Assembly: GCA_026387175.1 (NCBI GenBank)
Contig: JAPLME010000007.1
Location: 487-64,486 of the forward strand
Reading direction: 5' to 3'
Origin: Candidatus Omnitrophota bacterium
GTDB lineage: Bacteria > Omnitrophota > Gorgyraeia > 2-01-FULL-45-10
Length of the DNA stretch: 64,000 nt
This document shows, in pieces, positions 1-10,086 of this stretch. The notes under the pieces are model-generated. The model was not told where the DNA came from. It ran no database searches and saw only the letters and a program-made list of their open reading frames with translations. Both the position numbers and the translations under genes were made by a program. The first letter of the stretch is position 1; each line of letters begins with the position of its first letter.

Positions 1-1
1 C

Positions 2-3000
2 ATCGGCGCGGACGCGGCTGGGGGCGGTATAACCACGGGCGGCACAGGCACGATAACCTTAAGCGGAGTCAATCTTTATACTGGTGCAACCACGATTAAC
101 GCGCTCAGCCATTTGACTTTGGATGGAACGGGCACGATCGCAGCAAGTTCAGGCGTGGCGAACGCAGGCACTCTCACAATTCAAGGGGACAAGGTGGTTC
201 AGAAGATGACAGGCGCTGGCGTAACCGCGCTGGGTGCGAATACCCTGACCATTGGCGATGTCCATAACCTCTCCGGCAACTACACCGGTATAGCAAGCGG
301 CACAGGCGGTATAACTACGGCTGGCACAGGAGTACTAACCCTAAGCGGAGCCAATGATTATACTGGTGCAACCACGATTAACGCGCTCAGCCGTTTGACT
401 TTGGATGGAACGGGCACGATTGAAGGCAGTTCAGGCGTGGCGAACGCAGGCACCCTTACGATTCAAGGGAACAAGACGATTGACTCGATGACCGGCGCCG
501 GCGTAACCACGCTGGGCGCGAATACCCTGACCATTGGCGATGCCACCGGCACTTCCGGCACCTACAGCGGTGTGGCAAGCGGCACAGGCGGTATAACCAA
601 GGCAGGCGCAGGCACGCTAACCCTCTCTGGCGCCAACGACTACACCGGCGTAACCACCTACACAGCCGGCACCGTGAGCGCGAACACTATCGGTAATGGC
701 GGCGCGGCAGGCAGCATCGGCAAAGCCGCGGCAGCGGCCGGGAACCAGGTCCTTAACGGTGGCACTCTATCATATACCGGAAACAATACCACTACGGACC
801 GTGGTTTTACCGTCAATGCCGCTGGCAGCGAGATTGATGTAACGACAGTCGGCCAGACACTCACTATTCAAACAACCGGGATCGTTACAAACGCAGCAGC
901 TGACATTTTGACCATAGGTGGAGCCGGTAATACTGAGATAAAAAGCGCAATCTCCGGTACAGGCGGATTGGCTAAAGATGATGCAGGCACTCTTACTCTA
1001 AGCGGCGTGAACACCTTCACCACCGGTGGGATAGCTCTTAACGCGGGCACGCTGAAGCTCGGTAGCACCACGGCGCTGGGCGGGGCGACTAGCAAGCTCA
1101 CCATTAACGGCGGTACGATTGATAACAGCAACGGCGCCGCTCTCGTAATGGCGAACAACAACCCGGTTGATGTGAAAAGCGACTGGACCTTCACCGGTAC
1201 CAATGATCTCACTTTTGCCGCAGGCGCGTGGACGTTGTATGGTACTGGTACAGTCACGCTTACCACTGCAGGTAAAAACCTGACCGTTGGTGGAATCGTC
1301 GGAGACCTTGGTAATGCCTTTGGCTTGGGTACGGCTGGCGCGGGCACGCTAACCTTGGACAAGGCCAATACTTATACGGGCGCGACCACGATCGGCGCGG
1401 GCAGTACGTTGGCTTTGGACGCAACGGGCACTATTGAAACAAGTTCAGGCGTGGCGAATTCAGGCACCTTTACGACTGCGGCGGCCAAGACGATTCAGTC
1501 GTTGACCGGCGCGGGCGTAACCACGCTGGGAGGCGGCGACTTGACCGTCGGCGATGCCAATAACCGCTCCGGTACCTACAGCGGCGCCATTGGAGACGGT
1601 GGTGGTGCCAGAGGCGTGATCAAGGCCGGCACCGGCACCTGGACGATTTCCGGCGTGAACACTTACACCGGAGCCACAGCAATCAACGCTGGAACATTAG
1701 CGTTAGGAGGCGCTACCACCATTAAAGGCAACATTACGCAGGCTGCCGCCGGCACGCTCGATCTTGGCACCAGCACGTTGACGCTTAATGGAATAGGTGC
1801 GTTGGGTAATTATACGCAGGCCGCCGCTACAACCCTGAATACAACTATCCTGAACGCCACTACGGCGGGTAATATCAATGCCTCAGCCGCAGGCACCGGT
1901 AAAATGACGACACTGGCAGCGTCTGCGCTTAATATTAACGTCGGCTCTGCATACATTCCTAATAATACGACCTGGACGATCCTTGACGGTAAGACAGGAG
2001 CGACAGGCGTTGTCGCGCCTACGACTATTACAACTAATAGTTCTGTCCTCACGTTCACGGCAGCGGCGGCGAACGGCGGCGACGATCTGACTATCACCGC
2101 GAGCCGTGGAACTAACGGTTATCCCGCGCGCGCCTCGAACTCAAATGCAGCAGCGGCAGGAGCGGCGCTTGAAGCGGCGGGCAATGCCGGCGCCACCGGA
2201 GATATGGCGACTGTGCTGGGCACGCTCGACGGCTTATCCGCTTCGCAGGTAAGCGCAGCGCTCAATACGGTTGTCCCGGAGGTCGATGCCGGGGTCATCA
2301 ATACGAGCACGACCGTTCTAAATAACTTCGTCGGGGTCGCTATGGACAGGGTGGAACAAACTCTGAAGGTTGCCAAGGCCGCGGACTCCGCGACCACGGG
2401 TCTCTCAGCGGGAGAGGCGAGTAAAATAAGCGGCGCTTGGGGAAAAGGGTACGGCAGTTATTTGACGCAAGGTACGCGCAATGGTATCGCCGGATATGAA
2501 GCGTGGAATGCCGGCACCGCGCTTGGCGCCGATCACCTCTTCGCGGATCTCGTTACCGTTGGCGTAAGCGGCGGTTACGCGTATGGGAACGTCGACTCGG
2601 ATGTTAATAACGCGAGTACGTATATCAATAGCGCCCAGACCACCGTGTACGGGGGGTATGAAGATAAAAATCTTCCTTTCTTCATCGACGCGGCAGGTTC
2701 CTTCGCATGGAACTGGTATGAAGGCCGGCGCGATATAAATATCGGCGGCGCTATATTAAGGACTGCGAATGCCGCATATGACGGCCAGCAATACGGCGCA
2801 TATTTAGGCGGTGGCTACAGGTTCAATATGACAAAGAATATTGAATTTACGCCTCTCCTGTCGCTTCAGTATAATCACCTTCAGCTGGGGAGTTATACCG
2901 AAACAGAAGCCGGAGCGCTCAATTTAAGCGTCGCGAGCCAGGGCTATGATCAATTACAGTCCGGCCTCGGCGCGCGCATAGCCGCTCCTATAAAGTGTAA

Positions 3001-3265
3001 ATGGGGCACTTTCACTCCGGAAGCTCATGGAAAATGGTTCTATGACTTTATCGGTGATAACATGGCAGTGACATCGAACTTCAACGGCGGCGGTGGGAAC
3101 TTCGGCTCAAACGGCGCTAAACCTGCGCTGAATAGCTTCAATGCCGGAGGTCAGTTGACGTTTAATTTCAAAAACGATATTTCTCTTATAGCGAACTGCG
3201 ATACGGAGATGAAGGACGAGTTCTTTGGTATCTACGGTTCGGCGACGGTCAGGTACAATTTCTAA
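2..3265 (+). CDS. Type V autotransporter with PATR (autotransporter-associated beta-strand) repeats; 5' truncated by the window
   Basis: The frame is open from base 2. It has repeated GxxKxGxGTLTLSGxNxYTGxTTI motifs and a C-terminal beta-barrel-type domain ending in YNF. Confidence 0.93.
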   Translation: MGADAAGGGITTGGTGTITLSGVNLYTGATTINALSHLTLDGTGTIAASSGVANAGTLTIQGDKVVQKMTGAGVTALGANTLTIGDVHNLSGNYTGIASGTGGITTAGTGVLTLSGANDYTGATTINALSRLTLDGTGTIEGSSGVANAGTLTIQGNKTIDSMTGAGVTTLGANTLTIGDATGTSGTYSGVASGTGGITKAGAGTLTLSGANDYTGVTTYTAGTVSANTIGNGGAAGSIGKAAAAAGNQVLNGGTLSYTGNNTTTDRGFTVNAAGSEIDVTTVGQTLTIQTTGIVTNAAADILTIGGAGNTEIKSAISGTGGLAKDDAGTLTLSGVNTFTTGGIALNAGTLKLGSTTALGGATSKLTINGGTIDNSNGAALVMANNNPVDVKSDWTFTGTNDLTFAAGAWTLYGTGTVTLTTAGKNLTVGGIVGDLGNAFGLGTAGAGTLTLDKANTYTGATTIGAGSTLALDATGTIETSSGVANSGTFTTAAAKTIQSLTGAGVTTLGGGDLTVGDANNRSGTYSGAIGDGGGARGVIKAGTGTWTISGVNTYTGATAINAGTLALGGATTIKGNITQAAAGTLDLGTSTLTLNGIGALGNYTQAAATTLNTTILNATTAGNINASAAGTGKMTTLAASALNINVGSAYIPNNTTWTILDGKTGATGVVAPTTITTNSSVLTFTAAAANGGDDLTITASRGTNGYPARASNSNAAAAGAALEAAGNAGATGDMATVLGTLDGLSASQVSAALNTVVPEVDAGVINTSTTVLNNFVGVAMDRVEQTLKVAKAADSATTGLSAGEASKISGAWGKGYGSYLTQGTRNGIAGYEAWNAGTALGADHLFADLVTVGVSGGYAYGNVDSDVNNASTYINSAQTTVYGGYEDKNLPFFIDAAGSFAWNWYEGRRDINIGGAILRTANAAYDGQQYGAYLGGGYRFNMTKNIEFTPLLSLQYNHLQLGSYTETEAGALNLSVASQGYDQLQSGLGARIAAPIKCKWGTFTPEAHGKWFYDFIGDNMAVTSNFNGGGGNFGSNGAKPALNSFNAGGQLTFNFKNDISLIANCDTEMKDEFFGIYGSATVRYNF
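23..610 (+). repeat. Coding direct repeat, ~282-bp (94-aa) period, in the autotransporter passenger
   Basis: tatactggtgcaaccacgattaacgcgctcagcc occurs at 77 and 359, with long flanking similarity. A more diverged copy lies near 1330-1600. Confidence 0.85.
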
Positions 3266-3289
3266 TAAATCCTGACACAGTGATTCACT

Positions 3290-3321
3290 ACAGCCCCGGC
3301 TATCAGCCGGGGCTGTTTTTT
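3290..3321 (+). terminator. Intrinsic terminator
   Basis: acagccccggct-atc-agccggggctgt followed by a T run. Confidence 0.85.
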
Positions 3322-3346
3322 AAGAGATAACTCAGGATAATTAACT

Positions 3347-4198
3347 ATGTCGAAAAAATGGTGCCTGCCCCTAATTTTACTGATGTTGGTCTTTGCGAGC
3401 GGCTGCGCGACAATGCCGGAGTTTATGGATAGGGCATATGAAGCACAAAAAACAGCGCGGCAGGCCGGTTTCGATAAAGAATATGTCAAGGCTCCCGGCT
3501 TCGAGCTCATGACCTATCAGCGATTTAAGAAACCCTCTGAAAATATCCGTATCTATATCGAAGGGGACGGAAGGGCCTGGGAGACCAGAAGCAGGCTTTC
3601 CGACGATCCGACCCCGTCGGATCCGATCGCGCTGGGGCTGGCCGTAGTCGACTCTTTCGATAGTGTTGCTTATATCGCGAGGCCGGGTCAATTTCCCGCG
3701 CCGGATTCTGCCGGATGCGACCCGACGTATTGGTCCCAGCGGCGGTTTGCGCCGGAAGTCGTGGAAGCCTTTGACAGGACTATCGACATATTGAAGAAAA
3801 AGTCGGGGGCCAAACATGTGGAACTCGTCGGATATTCCGGAGGCGCGGCGATAGCGGTTCTCGTCGCCGCAAGGCGTGGTGATGTTACTGCGCTTCGCAC
3901 CGTAGCAGGGAACCTTAACCCGAAGGCATTGTGCAGCTACCACCATGTGAGCCGGCTCGATGGGTCGATGGATCCGCTCGATCTCGCGCAAAAGGTGGCC
4001 CATATACCCCAGCGCCACTTTGTCGGATCGAAAGATAGAATCGTCCCCTCATCGATAGCCGAATCCTTCGTGAAAAAAGAGGGTGATACAAATTGCGAGA
4101 GCATTACTATCGTGGATGGCGCCGCACATAGGGACGGCTGGCGCGAACGTTGGAAAGAACTTCTGTCGATATCCCTTCTCAACGATCTCCCGCATTAA
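3347..4198 (+). CDS. Lipoprotein alpha/beta hydrolase (esterase-like)
   Basis: Lipobox ASGC, YIEGDG motif, GYSGG nucleophile elbow, distal Asp and His. Confidence 0.8.
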   Translation: MSKKWCLPLILLMLVFASGCATMPEFMDRAYEAQKTARQAGFDKEYVKAPGFELMTYQRFKKPSENIRIYIEGDGRAWETRSRLSDDPTPSDPIALGLAVVDSFDSVAYIARPGQFPAPDSAGCDPTYWSQRRFAPEVVEAFDRTIDILKKKSGAKHVELVGYSGGAAIAVLVAARRGDVTALRTVAGNLNPKALCSYHHVSRLDGSMDPLDLAQKVAHIPQRHFVGSKDRIVPSSIAESFVKKEGDTNCESITIVDGAAHRDGWRERWKELLSISLLNDLPH

Positions 4199-4203
4199 AA
4201 CCC

Positions 4204-4232
4204 TTGATATAATATTTCCGCGCGTATATAAT
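4204..4232 (+). promoter_or_regulatory. Sigma70-type promoter
   Basis: TTGATA-17 bp-TATAAT. Confidence 0.65.
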
Positions 4233-4263
4233 ATTGCTTGTGAAAAATAATAATCAAAGATCG

Positions 4264-4917
4264 ATGATCGGCCTTCACGCGCACACGTTATTCAGTGACG
4301 GCGCGCTCTTGCCGAGCGAGATAGTTAGGCGCGCTGAGGCAAAAGGCTATAAGGCTTTCGCGCTCACCGATCACGTCGACTCTTCAAACATAGATTTTGT
4401 CCTTCCGCGTATCGTGAAGGTCTGTAAGGCATTGAATAAATTCTGGGCTATCCGCGCCATACCGGGCGTAGAGATCACTCATGCGCCTGTTCAGGAGATC
4501 AAATCCCTTGTAAAATTCGCGAGAAAGAACGGAGCTAAGATCGTAGTGGTGCACGGCGAGACGGTCTCGGAGCCTGTCCTGAAAGGTACTAACAGGGCCG
4601 GCATAGAGGCCGGTTGTGATATATTGGCTCATCCCGGGACCATATCTATAGAGGACGTGAGGCTGGCTAAGGCCAGGGGGGTGGCCCTGGAGCTCACGAC
4701 CAGAAAGAACCACGCTGTCACCAATAAGCGCGTCTTTAAGATGGCAAAGTCCGTAGGCGCGAAGCTTGTCCTGAACACCGATGCGCACGATGAATGCGAT
4801 GTAGCGACATATAGTCAAGCGGTGAGAGTGCTTAAAGGTATAGGAATGACCGGCGCCGATATAGAGAAAGTATTTGAAAATTCCAGGGAATTAGTAAAGA
4901 GGTTAAGTACCTATTGA
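4264..4917 (+). CDS. PHP-domain phosphoesterase (histidinol-phosphatase-like)
   Basis: LHAHTLFSDG, LTDH, GVEITH and NTDAH metal-binding motifs. Confidence 0.85.
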   Translation: MIGLHAHTLFSDGALLPSEIVRRAEAKGYKAFALTDHVDSSNIDFVLPRIVKVCKALNKFWAIRAIPGVEITHAPVQEIKSLVKFARKNGAKIVVVHGETVSEPVLKGTNRAGIEAGCDILAHPGTISIEDVRLAKARGVALELTTRKNHAVTNKRVFKMAKSVGAKLVLNTDAHDECDVATYSQAVRVLKGIGMTGADIEKVFENSRELVKRLSTY

Positions 4918-4941
4918 CAAAAGTTAGATATATGGTATACT
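4914..4941 (+). promoter_or_regulatory. Sigma70-type promoter for the porin gene
   Basis: TTGACA-16 bp-TATACT with an extended TG. Confidence 0.75.
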
Positions 4942-5183
4942 TTGCGTTAAGTACAGAAAGGTAGTTCCCGAACGACTATAACACCATAGATAATTTAAAT
5001 CTTGGCGAAAGAGGAGGTGGTGGACCAAATAGCCTTGGGTTATCAACACGTGGTGATGTAGATAAGAAATAAAATGCAATATATATATAGAGGGCTTAAG
5101 AGTTAAGCTAGTTTTTATGAAGTAAAAAGCCCTTACTTAAAATATAGTAGAAATTGAATTTGAAATTACCCTTAGGAGGTAAC

Positions 5184-6749
5184 ATGAAGTTTGTAAAATT
5201 AGCTTTAGTTTTAGCGATGGCGCTCTGCCTCACGGCAAGTGTTTACGCTGAGACGCAGAGCGTAAAAGTCAGCGGAGACCTCACGGTTAGAGGTATCTGG
5301 AGAAACGCTTACGATTACAGGAACAACGGCCCTCGGGACACCGCCACCGCGGTTGCCACCAGAACCGGCCTGTCTTCTGATAATACCGGAATGCTCAATC
5401 CGGCAGTGAGCTCGAACCAAGCGTCATCATCTCAGTCATGGTTTATGAGCACGGCTGAAGTGCAGGTGGATGCGGATCTGACAGATAATGTCGCGACTTG
5501 CATCAGAATCCTGAACGAGAGGGATTGGAGCCGGACGAGCAAGAATATTGTTCAAGGTACCACTCTTGCTCCGAATGGCCTTGGCGGATATACGCCTGAT
5601 GCCGAGGATTTCAACGTTCAGCTGGATCTGGCATATGTAAAGTTGAAAAACTTTATTTATAGCCCTCTTACAGTTACCATCGGTCGTCAGGATCTCTGGT
5701 TCGGTAAGGGCTTCGTAGTCGGGTCCAATCAGGTCTTCAACAACTATGCGAATACAAATAACCTCAACAACTTCCAGTTGTCTGCACCGGAATACACCGC
5801 TCAGACTGCCTTTGATTCAGTGAAGGCGGTATTGGATTACGATCCATGGGCGATCACGGCTGTTTACTCCAAGCTATGGGAAAATGCCATCTCCGCTGAT
5901 GATGACGTTGACCTGTATGGCGTAAACGTCGGTTACAAGTTCGACAACTACAAGGCCGAAGCGGAAGCATATTGGTTCTTCAAAATGGACCATAGTATGG
6001 AAACTTGGGCCTCCAACAAGAATAGCCGTAACAATGACGTCCACACTATCGGTATGAGAGGCAGTTTTGATCCGATAGATACCGTTACGGTTGCCGGTGA
6101 AGGCGCGTATCAGTTCGGTTCTTACTCAGGCAATAGATCGGACAACTACCAAAGATCTCGCGCAGCATACGCTCTCGATTTCTCAGCTGAGTGGAGAGGT
6201 CTGATGGATAAATGCGCCTGGAAGCCGAAAGTCGCCGCTGAGTATATCCTTTACTCAGGCCAGAAGTATAATGAAGTCAATCAGGGCGATATTCAACAGG
6301 GGTGCACATACACCGGTTGGGATCCGATGTTCAGAGGCAAGTTCGATTCAGCGATCCGCGAGTTCGTTGGAACTTATTATGCTTCATACGCTTATCCGGT
6401 TAATCCTAACTCAAGAAATAGCTGTCAGGATGCTTCATTTACCAACCAGAATCAGATAATGTTCTCCGGCAGCGTTACGCCGATGGAGAGCCTGACGCTG
6501 AAGGGTAACGTGAATATGTTCATGACAGCCAACGATTATGCTATACCTGATCCCGCTCTACCGGGGAAAGCCTTCTTCCGTGGCGGATATATAGGCACGG
6601 AATTTGACGGCCAGGCGATATGGGACTACACCGAAGATGTCAGCTTCGGAGTTCTATATGCCTTCTTTGTCCCGGGCGGCGATGTGTACTACGGCGGTAA
6701 TAACGACGTAGCTACGGACTTCGTTGGTACGGTAAAGGTAAGCTTCTAA
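5184..6749 (+). CDS. Outer-membrane beta-barrel porin (alginate-export family-like)
   Basis: AGGAGG RBS, signal peptide ending VYA, TIGRQDL motif, amphipathic strands and a C-terminal F. Confidence 0.8.
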   Translation: MKFVKLALVLAMALCLTASVYAETQSVKVSGDLTVRGIWRNAYDYRNNGPRDTATAVATRTGLSSDNTGMLNPAVSSNQASSSQSWFMSTAEVQVDADLTDNVATCIRILNERDWSRTSKNIVQGTTLAPNGLGGYTPDAEDFNVQLDLAYVKLKNFIYSPLTVTIGRQDLWFGKGFVVGSNQVFNNYANTNNLNNFQLSAPEYTAQTAFDSVKAVLDYDPWAITAVYSKLWENAISADDDVDLYGVNVGYKFDNYKAEAEAYWFFKMDHSMETWASNKNSRNNDVHTIGMRGSFDPIDTVTVAGEGAYQFGSYSGNRSDNYQRSRAAYALDFSAEWRGLMDKCAWKPKVAAEYILYSGQKYNEVNQGDIQQGCTYTGWDPMFRGKFDSAIREFVGTYYASYAYPVNPNSRNSCQDASFTNQNQIMFSGSVTPMESLTLKGNVNMFMTANDYAIPDPALPGKAFFRGGYIGTEFDGQAIWDYTEDVSFGVLYAFFVPGGDVYYGGNNDVATDFVGTVKVSF

Positions 6750-6767
6750 GTAGTCTGTTGTTTGATA

Positions 6768-6807
6768 AGAGACCCCCGTTCTCGAAAGAGGCCGGGGGTT
6801 TCTTATT
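6768..6807 (+). terminator. Intrinsic terminator
   Basis: agagacccccg...gaaa...cgggggtttct hairpin followed by a T-rich tail. Confidence 0.7.
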
Positions 6808-6834
6808 GACTTTTTCTATCTATCAAAATATAAT
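6806..6834 (+). promoter_or_regulatory. Sigma70-type promoter
   Basis: TTGACT-17 bp-TATAAT, just upstream of ATG 6846. Confidence 0.7.
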
Positions 6835-6845
6835 TGACAGTTAAT

Positions 6846-7565
6846 ATGCGCCGGAATTTAATTATTTTATCAGCTGTCTTAGTCGCGTTAATCCTTGGGC
6901 TTATATTAACGCTTCGATCCATACCCTGGTGGAAAGCAGGAGTAGCCAAGGGGAAGGCCGTGACGCTCGTAAAACTCTTTTCGTTCTCCAGCGATGATGC
7001 CTTGAAAGAATGGGAAGATAAGATTTTTAAGGGCAAGGTCGTATATAAGATCGAAAAGGATAAAGACCTTTCGTATGTGCAGGCGCATAGCACGGGAAGC
7101 GCCTCCGCCCTGTATTATAAGATAAAGTTAGACGCGAAGAACAGGCAGCCTGTCCTAAGATGGAAGTGGCATGCCGAAAGGTTTCCTGTGAAGAGCGCCC
7201 CGGAAAGCCTGGAGGCCCCGGGCGAGGATGATTTTGCCGGAAGAGTGTATGTTATCTTTCCGGCCATGTTTATCCTGAACTCAAATGTGATCGAGTATAT
7301 ATGGGCCGAAAAACTGCCCGTCGGCACTACAGGGACAAGCCCCTATTCGAAGAATATAAAACTTATGGTCCTGGAGAGCGGGCCCGCTAAAGACGGCAAA
7401 TTTGTTTCGGAGGAGAGGGATGTGGTCGCGGATTATCTTAAAGTTTTTGGAAAACCGCCCGAACATAATATAGGCGCAGTGGCGTTCATGACTAACGCCG
7501 AGCACACTAATACGAGCGCGGACGCGATGTATGATGAGATAGAGCTCGGATATAAGGAGAAATAG
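6846..7565 (+). CDS. DUF3047-family protein
   Basis: N-terminal TM anchor; LRWKW, DDFAGRVYVIF, YIWA and ERDVVADY motifs. Confidence 0.75.
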   Translation: MRRNLIILSAVLVALILGLILTLRSIPWWKAGVAKGKAVTLVKLFSFSSDDALKEWEDKIFKGKVVYKIEKDKDLSYVQAHSTGSASALYYKIKLDAKNRQPVLRWKWHAERFPVKSAPESLEAPGEDDFAGRVYVIFPAMFILNSNVIEYIWAEKLPVGTTGTSPYSKNIKLMVLESGPAKDGKFVSEERDVVADYLKVFGKPPEHNIGAVAFMTNAEHTNTSADAMYDEIELGYKEK

Positions 7566-7568
7566 ACG

Positions 7569-8009
7569 ATGATACGAGTCAAATTTTTAAGGACCAGATA
7601 TCTGACCGGAAGCCATATCCAGATAAAATATCTGTCCCTTCTTCTCATCTCTATGGCGGTGCCGCTCATCCTTGTCGGATGCTGCCTCTATTACCTGATA
7701 TTTACGCTTATGGGCGAACAGATAGGCATACCCGAATATATCGCGTACCATCTCTCTCCCGTTGTGAGCAAGATAAATATGATGCTTTTGATAGGCGTAC
7801 CGCCGTTATTTTTACTGCTTACGCTGTGGGGGATAGTGCTCTCTCACCGTTTTGCCGGCCCCCTCGAGAGGCTGGAGAAAGAATTGCATGAGATTTCGGA
7901 AGGCAAGCATCACAGACACAGGATAACGCTGCGCAAACATGACGATATCAGGCCCATCGCCGACGCCATAAATAAGTTGTTGGCCAAGCATGAGGAAAGG
8001 AAAGGATGA
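7569..8009 (+). CDS. Two-TM membrane protein with a HAMP-like domain
   Basis: Two hydrophobic helices, then SHRFAGPLERL...LRKHDD...INKLL. Confidence 0.7.
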   Translation: MIRVKFLRTRYLTGSHIQIKYLSLLLISMAVPLILVGCCLYYLIFTLMGEQIGIPEYIAYHLSPVVSKINMMLLIGVPPLFLLLTLWGIVLSHRFAGPLERLEKELHEISEGKHHRHRITLRKHDDIRPIADAINKLLAKHEERKG

Positions 8010-8806
8010 ACAAGATAAGCAACCTTGCCGTAGTGAGCAAGAACGCGCGAATAGCCGAGGGCGTTGAGATAGGCCCGTTCTCCATAATAGAGGATGAAGT
8101 GGAGATCGGAGCCAATGTCAGGATCCTGCCGCATGCCTGTATCTGCAAAGGGACCTCTATCGGGGAGAACACGCAGGTCCATATGGGCGCGGTGATTGGA
8201 AATATTCCACAGGACCTGGGGTTCGACGCGAATAAAAAGACATATACCAGGATAGGCAAGAATACCGTAATAAGGGAGTACGCCACCATACATAGGGCGA
8301 CCGAAGAGGGCTCGGCTACGGTTGTGGGAGACAATTGTTATCTGATGGCCGTATCTCATATAGGCCATGACTGTCATATCGGCAATAACGTTATAATAGC
8401 CAACGGCGCGCTCCTGGCCGGGCATGTCAGCGTCGGGGATTACGCCTTCATATCCGGCAATGTCGTCATGCATCAATTCTGCCGCATAGGAACGCTTGCC
8501 ATGATAGGAGGTTTCACCGGGATCAATAAAGACGTGCCGCCGTATATGCTGGTCAGAGGGCCGTCGGTGATACGCGGCGTGAACCTGGTCGGATTACGCA
8601 GGTTAAAAATCCCGCGCGAGGTTATCGGTGAAATAAAAGAAGCTTATAAGTTGATATTTATGTCAAATCTGAATACCGCTCAGGCCGTGGAAGGTATTAA
8701 GAAACTTAAACCTTCAAAGGAGCTTGATCATTTGGTGGATTTTATTCAAACTTCCAAGCGGGGCATATGTAAGTATAAATATAGCGATGACGAATATTTC
8801 GAATGA
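8006..8806 (+). CDS. lpxA: UDP-N-acetylglucosamine O-acyltransferase
   Basis: Hexapeptide repeats; PQDL, IHRAT, HIGHDC and HQFCRIG motifs. Confidence 0.93.
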   Translation: MNKISNLAVVSKNARIAEGVEIGPFSIIEDEVEIGANVRILPHACICKGTSIGENTQVHMGAVIGNIPQDLGFDANKKTYTRIGKNTVIREYATIHRATEEGSATVVGDNCYLMAVSHIGHDCHIGNNVIIANGALLAGHVSVGDYAFISGNVVMHQFCRIGTLAMIGGFTGINKDVPPYMLVRGPSVIRGVNLVGLRRLKIPREVIGEIKEAYKLIFMSNLNTAQAVEGIKKLKPSKELDHLVDFIQTSKRGICKYKYSDDEYFE

Positions 8807-8818
8807 TCGGAGGCGTTA

Positions 8819-9181
8819 ATGGCAGTTAAGAAAAAGAAATCGGTTCGTAAGGGCGCCAGGCCGGCAAAGGCTAAAGCGAAGAAGGCTGTGAAGAAGACGA
8901 AGATTAAGCCTGTAGCGAAGCCGCCTGAGATTAAATTTGAAAAGATAGGAGAAGTTACGCACTACTTCCCGCACGTCAAAGCGGCGGCGGTCAAGCTTAT
9001 AAAGAGCGGTATGGCGGTGGGGGATAAGATATATATAAAGGGCCACACTACTGATTTTAAAGAGAATGTCCGGTCCATACAGCTTGATCATGTGTCGATA
9101 GTGAAAGGCAAGAAAGGGCAGGAGATCGGATTATTTGTTAAGTCCCGGGTTAGAATAGGGGACAGCATATATAAGGTATAA
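8819..9181 (+). CDS. Small EF-Tu domain II-like beta-barrel protein with a Lys/Ala-rich N-tail
   Basis: IGEVTHYF...GDKIYIKGHTTDF...GQEIG...RVRIGD; very basic N-terminus. Confidence 0.7.
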   Translation: MAVKKKKSVRKGARPAKAKAKKAVKKTKIKPVAKPPEIKFEKIGEVTHYFPHVKAAAVKLIKSGMAVGDKIYIKGHTTDFKENVRSIQLDHVSIVKGKKGQEIGLFVKSRVRIGDSIYKV

Positions 9182-9185
9182 TACT

Positions 9186-9440
9186 ATGACCAGAATTTAC
9201 AAAAAAATACTATTAGGACTGGGCCTTGACAGCAAGGACGGCCACGTGCGCGTAACGAAGGGCAAGAACTTCCGTCTTTACGGAGGGAGCGAAGAGACTC
9301 ACGAAACTATGCAGGAGAAGGCGGTAAAGTTCAATGAGCAACTCGACAAGCGTAGCAAGACGATAGATGATATTAATAAAGAAGAGTTTAGAGAGATAGC
9401 GGCGAAAGTGGGCCTGGAGATACCGAAGGACGATAAATAA
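9186..9440 (+). CDS. Conserved hypothetical protein
   Basis: Tightly packed operon ORF with GLGLD..DGH.RVT and GGSEETHE. Confidence 0.7.
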   Translation: MTRIYKKILLGLGLDSKDGHVRVTKGKNFRLYGGSEETHETMQEKAVKFNEQLDKRSKTIDDINKEEFREIAAKVGLEIPKDDK

Positions 9441-9442
9441 AG

Positions 9443-10009
9443 ATGAAGGTTATCGGAATAAGCGCCAGCCCCAGAAGATCCGGTAACAGCGAGATCCTTC
9501 TGGATAGGGCTCTCGAGGGCGCCATGTCGGCGGGAGCCGACGTAGAGAAGATCGTGTTAAATGAGCTCGACTTCAAAGCGTGTCAGGAGTGCGGCGGGTG
9601 TGAAAGAAGCGGCGTATGCGTTATCCGTGACGGTATGAGCCATCTTTATAAAGAACTGGATAAGGCCGACGCCATTATTGTATCGTCCCCAATATTCTTC
9701 GCTTCACTAAGCGCTCAGGCAAAAATGATGATAGACCGTTTCCAATGCGCCTGGGTGGCAAAGTATATTTTAAAGAATCGTGCTAAGGCAAAGAAGCGTA
9801 AAGGTATATTCATAAGCGTAGCCGGCTCTTACAGGAAAGATTCTTTTGACAATGCAAAGAGCATAATCAAAGCGTTTTTCGCGACGCTCGACATTGAATA
9901 CGCCGACGAATTATTTTGCGGCGGTATCGAGAAGATGAAAGATATAGATCAGGATGAGAAGGTTCTGAACAGAGCATATACTTTAGGGGTTGGTTTAGTT
10001 AAAATATAA
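9443..10009 (+). CDS. Iron-sulfur flavoprotein / NADPH-dependent FMN reductase family
   Basis: SPRRSGNS, CxxCxxCx5C and SPIFF motifs. Confidence 0.88.
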   Translation: MKVIGISASPRRSGNSEILLDRALEGAMSAGADVEKIVLNELDFKACQECGGCERSGVCVIRDGMSHLYKELDKADAIIVSSPIFFASLSAQAKMMIDRFQCAWVAKYILKNRAKAKKRKGIFISVAGSYRKDSFDNAKSIIKAFFATLDIEYADELFCGGIEKMKDIDQDEKVLNRAYTLGVGLVKI

Positions 10010-10028
10010 AATAGTTATATTTTAAATG

Positions 10029-10057
10029 TTGACACATAACAAACGTTGATATATACT
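10029..10057 (+). promoter_or_regulatory. Sigma70-type promoter
   Basis: TTGACA-17 bp-TATACT. Confidence 0.75.
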
Positions 10058-10086
10058 ATGTGGTGCAAATAAAAAGGTGGAATGTT

